NCBI GenBank assembly: GCA_030457605.1
Contig: JAKDUR010000006.1
Location: 9,422-73,421 of the forward strand
DNA from: Halomonas sp.
GTDB lineage: Bacteria > Pseudomonadota > Gammaproteobacteria > Pseudomonadales > Halomonadaceae
Direction: 5' to 3'
Length of the DNA: 64,000 nt
Part shown: piece by piece, positions 10,232-20,225 of the stretch
How positions within the stretch are numbered: the first letter of the stretch is position 1
Layout: every line of letters starts with the position of its first letter
Program-made: the position numbers and the translations under genes
The notes under the pieces: generated by a model
The model's database searches: none
The model's input: the letters and a program-made list of their open reading frames with translations, nothing else
What the model was told of the DNA's origin: nothing

Positions 10232-10515
10232 ACACATCTTCGCGCTCACCATCGCGCCCCCGTTCTTACGCCCATTCGCGCAGAACAGAACGTCTGGTCG
10301 CGCTTATCGTCACCGCCGTGGTGTTATTCAGCCCGCCACTGCTGCTGATCGTTGATCGGCTGCCGTCGGTCACCGGCGTATGGCTGAGCGCGTATCTGTT
10401 TGGTGCCTGGGCGAGCGTTATCAGCCTGGCCGCCTGGCTGCTGGAAAGGCGCAACTCCACGGATCACGGCGCATCGCACGACGATGCCTCCGGCGATGGC
10501 GGTGGCCATGCGTAG
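10228..10515 (+). CDS. Small two-TM membrane protein
   Basis: GGAGG RBS, GTGA overlap with the upstream stop, two hydrophobic segments, overlaps the next start. Confidence 0.75.
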   Translation: MNTSSRSPSRPRSYAHSRRTERLVALIVTAVVLFSPPLLLIVDRLPSVTGVWLSAYLFGAWASVISLAAWLLERRNSTDHGASHDDASGDGGGHA

Positions 10516-13306
10516 CGATCTCGTGGTGCTCGCGGCCGCTTTCGGCTATCTGGCACTGCTGTTCGTGGTGGCCGCCTGGGGTGACCGGCGCGCCGAAGCC
10601 GGACGCTCGGCCATCGGTTCGCCCACGGTGTATGCGCTATCGATTGCGGTATACTGCACCGCATGGACGTTTTACGGCAGCGTCGGGCGCGCCTCCTCCC
10701 AGGGGCCGCACTTTCTGCTGATTTATCTCGGTCCTACGCTTGCCATGCTCAGCGCACCTTTTGTCATCCGCAAGATGGTACGCATCGCCGCCCGCCAGCG
10801 CATCACCTCGATTGCCGACTTCATCAGCGCGCGCTACGGCAAAAGTGCGGGGCTGGGCGCCATGGTGGCATTCATGGCACTGATCAGCAGTACGCCGTAT
10901 ATCGCCCTGCAGCTCAAGGCGATTACCGTCAGCCACGCCGTGCTGGTGAACTACCCCCGCCCTGCGGATATGGCGCTCGAACAGGCTCATTTCTGGATTG
11001 ATAAATCCTTCTGGGTCGCGATGGTGCTGGCGGTGTTCATCATTCTGTTCGGCACTCGCCACCTGGACGCCAGCGAGCGCCACGAAGGCATGGTGGCCGC
11101 CATTGCGCTGGAATCACTGGTCAAGCTGGTGGCGTTTCTCGCCGTGGGCATCTTTGTGGTGTTCGTGATGTTCAACGGCCCCGGTGATCTGCTGGGGCAG
11201 GTCGCTCGCACGCCCGAGCTTTCCCGGGTACTCAGTCTGGAGCAGGTGCCCGGCGGTGCGACCGGCTGGGTGGGCGTGCTGATCCTCGCCGTGCTGGCCT
11301 TTCTTACCCTGCCACGGCAATTTCAGGTGCTGGTGGTCGAAAACGTCGATGAAACCCACATCGACCGCGCCAGCTGGCTGTTCCCGCTCTACCTGTTGCT
11401 GATCAACCTGTTTGTCATTCCCATTGCGTTGGCGGGGCTGCTGCTGGGCGGCGCCAGCGCCGATCCGGACAGTTTCGTCCTCACTCTGCCGCTGTCTGCG
11501 GGGGCACAAGCGCTGCCGTTATTCGTGTTTATTGGCGGGCTTTCCGCCGCGACCGGCATGATGATCGTCGAAACCATTGCGCTTTCCACCATGGTCAGCA
11601 ACCAGCTGGTGATGCCCTTGTTGCTACGCCTTGACCTTTTGCACCTGAGCGGCAAAGGCGAGCTTGCCGCCTGGCTGCTGGGCATTCGCCGCATTGCCAT
11701 TGTGCTGATTTTGCTGCTGGGCTACGGCTATCATGCGCTCATCGGCGACGCTTACAGTCTGGTCACCATCGGGCTGGTGTCTTTCGTCGGGGCAGCGCAG
11801 TTTGCTCCCGCCATGCTAATCGGCCTTTATTGGCGCGGCGCGACACGCACGGGTGCGCTGCTGGGGCTTGGCGCCGGCTTTGGTATCTGGGCCTACACCC
11901 TGCTGATTCCCGGCTTTGCCCAGTCGGGCTGGCTTGATATCTCGCTGATCGAACAGGGCCCCTGGGGCATTGGCTGGCTCAATCCTTACGCGCTGTTTGG
12001 CCTTGAAGGCTGGGATATTTATACCCATGCACTGCTGTGGAGCCTGATGGCCAATGTCGGCCTGCTGGTGGGCGTGTCACTCTTTGCCCGCCAGTCTGCG
12101 CTGGAGCAGACCCAGGCGGCGCTGTTTACCGAAGCGCTGCACCCTAATCTGCCCAGCGCTTCGCTGTGGCACGGCCAAACCACCCAGGGCGAACTGGGCG
12201 AGCTGTTGAACCGCTATCTGGGCGTGGCAGCGACCCGGCGGGTATTTGCCCTGCCATCGGGAAAGCTGCCAGGCAGCGCTTTTACGCAGCCATCAGAACG
12301 TACGTTTGCCGCGGACCGGCCGGCGTCGCACCAGCTGATCACCCGTGCAGAGCAGGCGCTGGCGGGGTCGCTGGGCAACGCCTCGGCCAGGGTCTTGATC
12401 AACTCGGTGGTGCGCGGCGAAGCGCTGGACCTGGAGTCCATCCTCAGCATTCTGGATACCACCTCCCAGGCGCTTGAATATAACCGCCGGCTGGAACAGA
12501 AATCTGCCGAACTCGAGCGCGCCAGTGAAGCGCTACGCCGAGCCAACGAACGTCTGCGCGAGCTTGACCGGCTCAAGGACGAATTCATTGCCATGGTCAG
12601 CCACGAGCTGCGCACGCCGCTCACCTCCATCCGCGCTTTTGCGGAAATCCTGCACGCGGAGGACTCTCTGGAAGCCGATAAACGCCGCCACTTTCTGAAC
12701 GTCATCGTCCACGAGAGCCAACGGCTTTCGCGCCTGATCGAAGAAATTCTTGACCTTGCCAAGCTGGAAAGCGGACGCCTCACACTGAACCCCGAACGGC
12801 TGGATCTTGCCGCGCTTGCCCGGCGCAGTGTGGATGCCGTCGCCCGGCTACAGCATGATCGTGGCGTAAGCCTTGACGTCGAGCTGCCTGACGCGCCTGC
12901 CATGATCGTCGGTGATGCAGACCGTCTTGAGCAGGTCATCATCAACCTGCTGGACAACGCGGGAAAATTTTCCGATCACACGACGCCGCACGTGTTGTTG
13001 CGCCTTGGCCGCCACAAGGATCATTTCCGCCTGAGCGTCGAGGACAACGGCCCGGGCATCAGTGCGGCCGAGCGCGAGCGGGTGTTTGAGAAATTTCATC
13101 AGCTGCAGCAACAGGAACACACCCAAGGCCGCCCCCGGGGCAGCGGGCTGGGGCTTGCCATCAGTCGCGGCATCATTGCCCACCTTGGCGGTCGGCTATG
13201 GGTCGAAAACGGCAAGCAGCTGGCGGGCGCCTGCCTGACCCTGGAGCTACCCGAAGCCCCCCCGACGATGCCACGGCAGGCCGGTCATCACGATCTCAAT
13301 GCCTGA
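10508..13306 (+). CDS. Sodium:solute symporter (SLC5)-histidine kinase fusion, CbrA/CrbS-like
   Basis: VYALSIAVYCTAWTFYGSVG, ITSIADFISARYGKS, LPRQFQVLVVEN; STAC-like LAGSLGNASAR; H-box SHELRTPL, N-box NLLDNAGKF, DNGPGI, GSGLGLAI. Confidence 0.93.
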   Translation: MRSDLVVLAAAFGYLALLFVVAAWGDRRAEAGRSAIGSPTVYALSIAVYCTAWTFYGSVGRASSQGPHFLLIYLGPTLAMLSAPFVIRKMVRIAARQRITSIADFISARYGKSAGLGAMVAFMALISSTPYIALQLKAITVSHAVLVNYPRPADMALEQAHFWIDKSFWVAMVLAVFIILFGTRHLDASERHEGMVAAIALESLVKLVAFLAVGIFVVFVMFNGPGDLLGQVARTPELSRVLSLEQVPGGATGWVGVLILAVLAFLTLPRQFQVLVVENVDETHIDRASWLFPLYLLLINLFVIPIALAGLLLGGASADPDSFVLTLPLSAGAQALPLFVFIGGLSAATGMMIVETIALSTMVSNQLVMPLLLRLDLLHLSGKGELAAWLLGIRRIAIVLILLLGYGYHALIGDAYSLVTIGLVSFVGAAQFAPAMLIGLYWRGATRTGALLGLGAGFGIWAYTLLIPGFAQSGWLDISLIEQGPWGIGWLNPYALFGLEGWDIYTHALLWSLMANVGLLVGVSLFARQSALEQTQAALFTEALHPNLPSASLWHGQTTQGELGELLNRYLGVAATRRVFALPSGKLPGSAFTQPSERTFAADRPASHQLITRAEQALAGSLGNASARVLINSVVRGEALDLESILSILDTTSQALEYNRRLEQKSAELERASEALRRANERLRELDRLKDEFIAMVSHELRTPLTSIRAFAEILHAEDSLEADKRRHFLNVIVHESQRLSRLIEEILDLAKLESGRLTLNPERLDLAALARRSVDAVARLQHDRGVSLDVELPDAPAMIVGDADRLEQVIINLLDNAGKFSDHTTPHVLLRLGRHKDHFRLSVEDNGPGISAAERERVFEKFHQLQQQEHTQGRPRGSGLGLAISRGIIAHLGGRLWVENGKQLAGACLTLELPEAPPTMPRQAGHHDLNA

Positions 13307-13315
13307 GGATCAGCA

Positions 13316-13354
13316 GTATCGTGGCCATGTATCGTGGCTATGTATCGTGGTTAT
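13316..13354. repeat. 13-bp tandem repeat x3
   Basis: GTATCGTGGCCAT GTATCGTGGCTAT GTATCGTGGTTAT. Confidence 0.85.
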
Positions 13355-13670
13355 CGCGCTGGCGCGGGTCAGGGGCAAACATGGTCTCGCCAACCTCGTC
13401 GATAAAGCGCTGCGCCTTGCTGACCATCATCGCATCGCAGGCTTCCCGTCCGGGCAATATATCCGAGCGCTCAAAGCGATGTTCGCGCACCTCGCCACCG
13501 TCAAGCGGTTGGCGAATAATGCCGCTGACCCGAAACTGCCCCCCTTCCCCATCAGGGCAGGAAATAATCAGATAGCCCTTGTACTCAACCGGCTCGGCCG
13601 AGGTGGTGCCGTGCCCCGTTTTCGCGCTTTCAGCGCGGCCAAACAGGCCGGAAAGCAATTTTTTCCACAT
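13338..13670 (-). CDS. Small conserved protein, Pfam 'HlyU' family-like (function unverified)
   Basis: MWKKLLSGLFG...EPVEYKGYLI...GGQFRVSGII...HRFERSD...KAQRFIDEVG; GGAG RBS. Confidence 0.8.
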   Translation of the reverse strand: MWKKLLSGLFGRAESAKTGHGTTSAEPVEYKGYLIISCPDGEGGQFRVSGIIRQPLDGGEVREHRFERSDILPGREACDAMMVSKAQRFIDEVGETMFAPDPRQRDNHDT

Positions 13671-13744
13671 TGTTATTCTCCCCGCTGATGCTTCTTGCCC
13701 ATGCATGGCTGCCATATTCTTCTACATAGCACATTTACATAGCA

Positions 13745-13780
13745 CAAAACGGCAAAAGCCTGCTGACTTTTGCCGTTTTG
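13745..13780. terminator. Hairpin downstream of argG, likely terminator
   Basis: CAAAACGGCAAAAG...CTTTTGCCGTTTTG inverted repeat. Confidence 0.7.
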
Positions 13781-13861
13781 GTCGTGTTGCCCATGTCCCA
13801 CAGCGCGCTATCACGCGGCAATTCGGGCGTTCGCGTCAGGGCCGTTTTTCAGCCCCGTTCT

Positions 13862-15082
<1,221 letters not shown>

Positions 15083-15365
15083 CTTGCACTCCTTTGTTAA
15101 TAGCAACTTTGTCGAGAAAACCCGCGGCAGAAAACCCCACGAGTGTAAATAACGGGATAAAAACAGCCAAGAAAGCAAACCCCAAGTATAGCGCCCCGGG
15201 CTGCCAACGAATACCGCAAGCGACGCTTTGCCTGTAAAGCTGCTAGAATCCGGCTGTCTGGTCACCTTGAAAGCGGTGTCTTTGCCCGTGAGGGTGTGTA
15301 TTTTCCTCCCCTCCATATTTTCTACCCAAACTCGCTATCCCTACTACTTGCTAAAGGAGAGCAGC

Positions 15366-16034
15366 ATGAGCGAGGCAATTGCCCGCGATTTAATGGCCCA
15401 GCGTTTTCGCAGCTACCTACCGGTCGTGATTGACCTGGAAACCGGCGGCTTTGACGCCAATGGCGATGCGCTGCTGGAAATCGCGGCCGTGACGCTGACC
15501 ATGGATCCGGACGGCAACCTGTTGCCCGATGCGACCTACGCCTATCATGTTCGCCCCTTCGAAGGCGCCAATGTTGAACAGGCGGCTCTGGATTTCACCG
15601 GCATCAATCTGGATGACCCGCTGCGCCAGCAGGTCGCACTGGACGAAGCCGAGGTGCTGGGCGAGATTTTCCGTCCCGTGCGCAAGGCAATCAAGGCTCA
15701 CGGCTGCACCCGCGCCATTCTGGTTGGCCATAACGCCGCCTTTGATCACGGCTTTTTGAACGCCGCCGCCAACCGCTGCGACATCAAGCGCAACCCGTTT
15801 CACCCGTTTTCAAGCTTTGATACCGCCACGCTTGCCGGGCTGGTTTACGGCCAGACGGTACTCGCTCGCGCCTGCCGCGCTGCCGGCATCGAGTTCGACA
15901 ACAAGGCCGCCCACTCCGCGCGTTATGATACCGAACGCACCGCCGAACTGTTCTGCGCCATGGTCAATCGCTACAAGGATCTGGGCGGCTGGCGGCTGGC
16001 CCAGCGTGAACAGGACATGGACAGCGCCGGCTAG
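15366..16034 (+). CDS. rnt: Ribonuclease T
   Basis: [46 protein letters not shown]; AAGGAG RBS. Confidence 0.96.
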   Translation: MSEAIARDLMAQRFRSYLPVVIDLETGGFDANGDALLEIAAVTLTMDPDGNLLPDATYAYHVRPFEGANVEQAALDFTGINLDDPLRQQVALDEAEVLGEIFRPVRKAIKAHGCTRAILVGHNAAFDHGFLNAAANRCDIKRNPFHPFSSFDTATLAGLVYGQTVLARACRAAGIEFDNKAAHSARYDTERTAELFCAMVNRYKDLGGWRLAQREQDMDSAG

Positions 16035-16155
16035 ACAGATGCAGGCATCCGCGCTTTGCGCTAGAATCCGCCACCGTTAATGTAATCACACCCGAGGGGG
16101 CCTGCCGCCCTCGGTGTTTCGTTACGTCCCGCTTTTCAGGAGTCACACCGTTTCC

Positions 16156-17415
16156 ATGGCCCAGCACAACGCTTTTTACGCTCAGTCCGGAGGCGTCACC
16201 GCCGTCATCAACGCCAGCGCCTGCGGCGTAATCGAAGCCTGCCGTGAAGCGCCGGAGCATATCGGCAAGGTTTACGCCGGCCATAACGGCATTATCGGAG
16301 CGCTTACCGAAGACTTGATCGACGCCAGCCATGAAAGCGACGAAACCGTTGCCGCGCTGCGCCACACGCCGGGCGGCGCGTTTGGCTCCTGCCGCTACAA
16401 GCTCAAGGATATCGACACTCACCGCGCCCAGTACGAGCGCCTGATCGAAGTCTTCAAGGCGCACGACATCCGCTACTTCTTCTACAATGGCGGCGGCGAC
16501 AGCGCTGACACCTGCCTGAAAGTCTCCCAGCTGTCCGAGAAACTCGGCTATCCGCTGACCGCCATCCACGTGCCCAAAACCGTGGATAACGACCTGCCGA
16601 TTACCGACTGCTCCCCGGGCTTTGGCAGCGTGGCCAAGTACATCGCCACGTCAACCCGTGAAGCGTCGCTGGACATTGCCTCCATGTGCGCCACCTCCAC
16701 CAAGGTGTTTGTGCTTGAGGTGATGGGCCGTCACGCCGGCTGGATCGCGGCTGCCGGCGGCCTTGCCGGCGAAGGTGAAGGCGAGCCGCCACACCTGATC
16801 ATCTTCCCCGAAATTGCCTTTGATCGCGAAGCGGTCATGGCGAAGGTGGAATACAGCGTCAAGCACTACGGCTACTGCGTAATTGTGGTATCGGAAGGCG
16901 CACGCTACGACGACGGCACCTTTCTTGCCGACGCCGGCAATACCGATGCCTTTGGCCACCGCCAGCTGGGCGGGGTGGCCCCGACACTTGCGGGCATGGT
17001 CAAGCAGGATCTGGGCTACAAATACCACTGGGCCGTGGCCGACTACCTGCAGCGTGCGGCGCGTCACCTGGCGTCCAAAACCGACGTCGAGCAGGCCTAC
17101 GCCGTGGGCCGCGAAGCGGTAGCGCTGGCACTCGCCGGCAAGAACTCGATGATGCCGGCGATTCGCCGCACGGCGCAGGCGCCCTACCAGTGGGACGTGA
17201 TTTCCGCGCCGCTTTCCGAGATTGCCAATCAGGAAAAATTCATGCCGCGGGACTTCATCAGCGAGGACGGCTTTGGCATTACCCAGGCCTGCCGGGACTA
17301 CCTCTCCCCGCTGATTCAGGGCGAAGATTTTCCGCCGTTTGAAAACGGCCTGCCCAAAGTCGCCAAACTGAAGCTGGTCAAGGTGGAAAAGCGTCTGCCC
17401 GTGTTTACGCTTTAA
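16156..17415 (+). CDS. 6-phosphofructokinase, PfkA family, probably pyrophosphate-dependent
   Basis: AQSGGVTAVIN, NGGGDS, PKTVDND, EVMGRHAGW. Confidence 0.9.
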   Translation: MAQHNAFYAQSGGVTAVINASACGVIEACREAPEHIGKVYAGHNGIIGALTEDLIDASHESDETVAALRHTPGGAFGSCRYKLKDIDTHRAQYERLIEVFKAHDIRYFFYNGGGDSADTCLKVSQLSEKLGYPLTAIHVPKTVDNDLPITDCSPGFGSVAKYIATSTREASLDIASMCATSTKVFVLEVMGRHAGWIAAAGGLAGEGEGEPPHLIIFPEIAFDREAVMAKVEYSVKHYGYCVIVVSEGARYDDGTFLADAGNTDAFGHRQLGGVAPTLAGMVKQDLGYKYHWAVADYLQRAARHLASKTDVEQAYAVGREAVALALAGKNSMMPAIRRTAQAPYQWDVISAPLSEIANQEKFMPRDFISEDGFGITQACRDYLSPLIQGEDFPPFENGLPKVAKLKLVKVEKRLPVFTL

Positions 17416-19127
17416 CGCAGCACCCAGGAAAGCACCAGCAGCAGTAGCAAAATCCCTGCCACGCCTTGCCAGAAGCGCCGTGCGTCGGCGCGCTGGGCAG
17501 CGTCCGGCGGCGAGATAGCCTGACGCTTGCGCAAGCCGTGCAAGAGCTCTGACATACGCCGAAAGCGCAGCGCACGCTGAGGGTCCAGCGCCCGGCGCAG
17601 GATATCATCCAGTACCGGTGTAATTTCCGGGTTGGCGCTACGGGCGCTACGATAGCTCAGCGCCTCAAGATCGGTGTGGTTGCGCAGTTGATCCGGCGTC
17701 AGCTGATAAGGCAACTGCCCGGTCAGCAACCAGTAAACGGTGGAAGCAAACCCGTACTGGTCGCTGCGTTGACCGACACTGTCACCCAGAGCGTACTCCG
17801 GCGCCGTATGTGGGGTAAAACCTATGGGTCGCAGTATCTCCCCGGACTGGCGATGACCGTCGGTATCACGCAGATGGCAGGCACTGAAATCAATCAGCAC
17901 CAGCTTGCCATGCTCGTCCACCAGGATGTTGTCCGGGTTGATCTGCTGATGCAGCACTTCGTGATGATGCAGCGCCTGTACCGCCTTGCCCAGCTGGCTG
18001 GCCATTTCCAGGCGTTGGCCAAGAGTGGCCTGAGGGTGGCGCGCTGCCCACTCGCGCAAGGTTTCACCGCGTACACTTTCCAGCAGGTAATAAAGGTAGT
18101 GGCGCGGGCGCGAGGGTTCGACCACCCGCACGACAAATGGCGATGTCACCCGCTCCACGACCCACTGTTGCAGCAGAAAGTGTTCCAGATAGGCATTGCG
18201 CAAAGAAAGCTCGGGGCTGGGTGCTTTCATCACGATTTCTGCTCGGGTATGCACATCACGTACGCGATACACCCGCGACTGCGCGGTGCGTGACAGCACA
18301 TCAATCACTTCCAGCCCGTCCAGCCGATCCCCAGGCGAGAGCTCCGGTGGAATCGGCAGATCACCGTACAGCTGGCTGGGCTCATCGCTTTGGACTTCGG
18401 GAAGCTCATCAATACGCACCAGCTGAAAGCAGAACTGATCCACGGCGTAGCCGCGCTGCTGGGCGCGAGTGGTGGCCTCGGCAGCCAGCCGGTCACAGGC
18501 AGCATGCAGGTCGCTGGCGTCCTGGCGAATCAGGCGCACATAGTCCGACGGCAGGAGCGTTCCGCGCACCGCCTGGGTGGTGAACAGGAAAATATCCCCC
18601 TGCTTGAGCGGTATTTTGGCGTAGTCGATATCCACGCGGTTATCCAGCCCCAGCGCCCGGGAAGGGTAACGATATCCGCCCAGGTCAGTGACGTGATCGC
18701 AGCTGAGCTGTTCGAACTCGGCACCGCGCAGGCGGAACACCAGCGTATCGCCCATATGAAACAGGTGCGCGCTTTGGCGGCGGAATATCATCGCCGACAT
18801 CGAGGCGACAAAACTGCCGGCATCCAGCTGGCGGCTCTGTCCGTAGCACCAGTCATTCAACGCGCTCAGCACCCGCGTGGCAGAGGCTTTCACGTTCCAG
18901 TGATCGGGCGTGGAAAAATAGTCGGCCAGAAACGCGCGTACGCTCAAATCTCCCGCCTGCTTGGCCATTTCATTGCGCGAAATGGAATCGCTGATGACCG
19001 CACACCCTCCCTTGGCATGAATCAACGGCGACTCAGGCAGCTGCACTGCCATGGAGCTGCGCTGCTGGCGCCGGTTGGGCGCTACAAACGCCTGACCGTA
19101 ACTGATAAGCAACTGTGCGTGCGCCAC
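17412..19127 (-). CDS. PP2C-like phosphatase / Ser-Thr kinase fusion with C-terminal TM; catalytic motifs degenerate
   Basis: PP2C-like HLFHMGD, LSCDH, SRALGL; kinase-like [29 protein letters not shown]; GTG start with GGAGG RBS. Confidence 0.85.
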   Translation of the reverse strand: MAHAQLLISYGQAFVAPNRRQQRSSMAVQLPESPLIHAKGGCAVISDSISRNEMAKQAGDLSVRAFLADYFSTPDHWNVKASATRVLSALNDWCYGQSRQLDAGSFVASMSAMIFRRQSAHLFHMGDTLVFRLRGAEFEQLSCDHVTDLGGYRYPSRALGLDNRVDIDYAKIPLKQGDIFLFTTQAVRGTLLPSDYVRLIRQDASDLHAACDRLAAEATTRAQQRGYAVDQFCFQLVRIDELPEVQSDEPSQLYGDLPIPPELSPGDRLDGLEVIDVLSRTAQSRVYRVRDVHTRAEIVMKAPSPELSLRNAYLEHFLLQQWVVERVTSPFVVRVVEPSRPRHYLYYLLESVRGETLREWAARHPQATLGQRLEMASQLGKAVQALHHHEVLHQQINPDNILVDEHGKLVLIDFSACHLRDTDGHRQSGEILRPIGFTPHTAPEYALGDSVGQRSDQYGFASTVYWLLTGQLPYQLTPDQLRNHTDLEALSYRSARSANPEITPVLDDILRRALDPQRALRFRRMSELLHGLRKRQAISPPDAAQRADARRFWQGVAGILLLLLVLSWVLR

Positions 19128-19434
19128 GCCTTCCTCCCAACCTCGCCGGGCGGACCGAGGTTCTTCCGGTATTCATGAACAGGCAAGAATCATACACGCC
19201 CCTGGCTGTATACCACTATGCGACTTATTGCATACAAAGAAGACTTGCCAAATGCACTCGATACCGGTTGTTTTTTGCCTGTGCCGCTTTTACCCACAGC
19301 GGTCGCCCTGTTTCATGCCACATTGGCAATCCTTGCGCCTTGTTCGTATAATTTGGCGCCATTACGTTTGGCACCGATCAGCGCTATCATGCACTGACGC
19401 GTTGCAACACGCACAAGCCCCCAAGGATCCAACG

Positions 19435-19965
19435 ATGAACTTTGCTAACATCCCCGCCGGTAAAGACCTGCCCAACGATATTTATGTGGCCATCGAGATT
19501 CCGGCAAATCACGCGCCGATCAAGTACGAAATCGACAAGGATATGGACGCGCTGATGGTGGATCGCTTCATGGCCACGCCGATGTTCTATCCGGCCAACT
19601 ATGGTTTTATCCCGCACACCCTGGCCGATGACGGCGATGCTCTTGATGCACTGGTCGTCACACCATACCCGGTTACGCCCGGCAGCATCATCCGTGCTCG
19701 TCCGGTTGGCATCCTCAACATGACCGATGAAGCCGGCGAAGACGCCAAGCTGGTATGCGTTCCCCACGCCAAACTGTCTGCGCTTTATGATGACGTCGAA
19801 GAAGTCACCGATCTGCCCGAGCTGCTGCGTCAGCAAATTGCCCATTTCTTTGAAAATTACAAGGATCTGGAAAAAGGCAAGTGGGTAAAGGTAGAGTCCT
19901 GGGAAGGAGCCGACGCCGCACGCAAGGCGATTGAAAAATCCGTGGCGGCTTACCAGAAGGCCTGA
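19435..19965 (+). CDS. ppa: Inorganic pyrophosphatase (family I)
   Basis: [35 protein letters not shown]. Confidence 0.97.
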   Translation: MNFANIPAGKDLPNDIYVAIEIPANHAPIKYEIDKDMDALMVDRFMATPMFYPANYGFIPHTLADDGDALDALVVTPYPVTPGSIIRARPVGILNMTDEAGEDAKLVCVPHAKLSALYDDVEEVTDLPELLRQQIAHFFENYKDLEKGKWVKVESWEGADAARKAIEKSVAAYQKA

Positions 19966-20025
19966 TGCCATCAGCCGCATGACCGCGCAGCGGTCAATGC
20001 AACTGTACATGCCGTTATGACACAA

Positions 20026-20060
20026 CCAGCGGGCTGCCTTCGGGCAGCCCGCTGGCGTTT
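20026..20060 (+). terminator. Hairpin/terminator after ppa
   Basis: CCAGCGGGCTGCC-TTCG-GGCAGCCCGCTGG. Confidence 0.7.
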
Positions 20061-20225
20061 CCGGCAAGGATTAACCCGGCATGAAGGTACCTGGCCCCGG
20101 CATGGGCGTGACAGATAGGCGCACCTGACAAGCAGAATCTATCTCGCGCACCGTGGTCCATATAGCGTCTTCCTGTTCCGGCAATGTGTTTTGCCCCCAA
20201 GGCTTTTCAGCAAGAAGGATATTTC

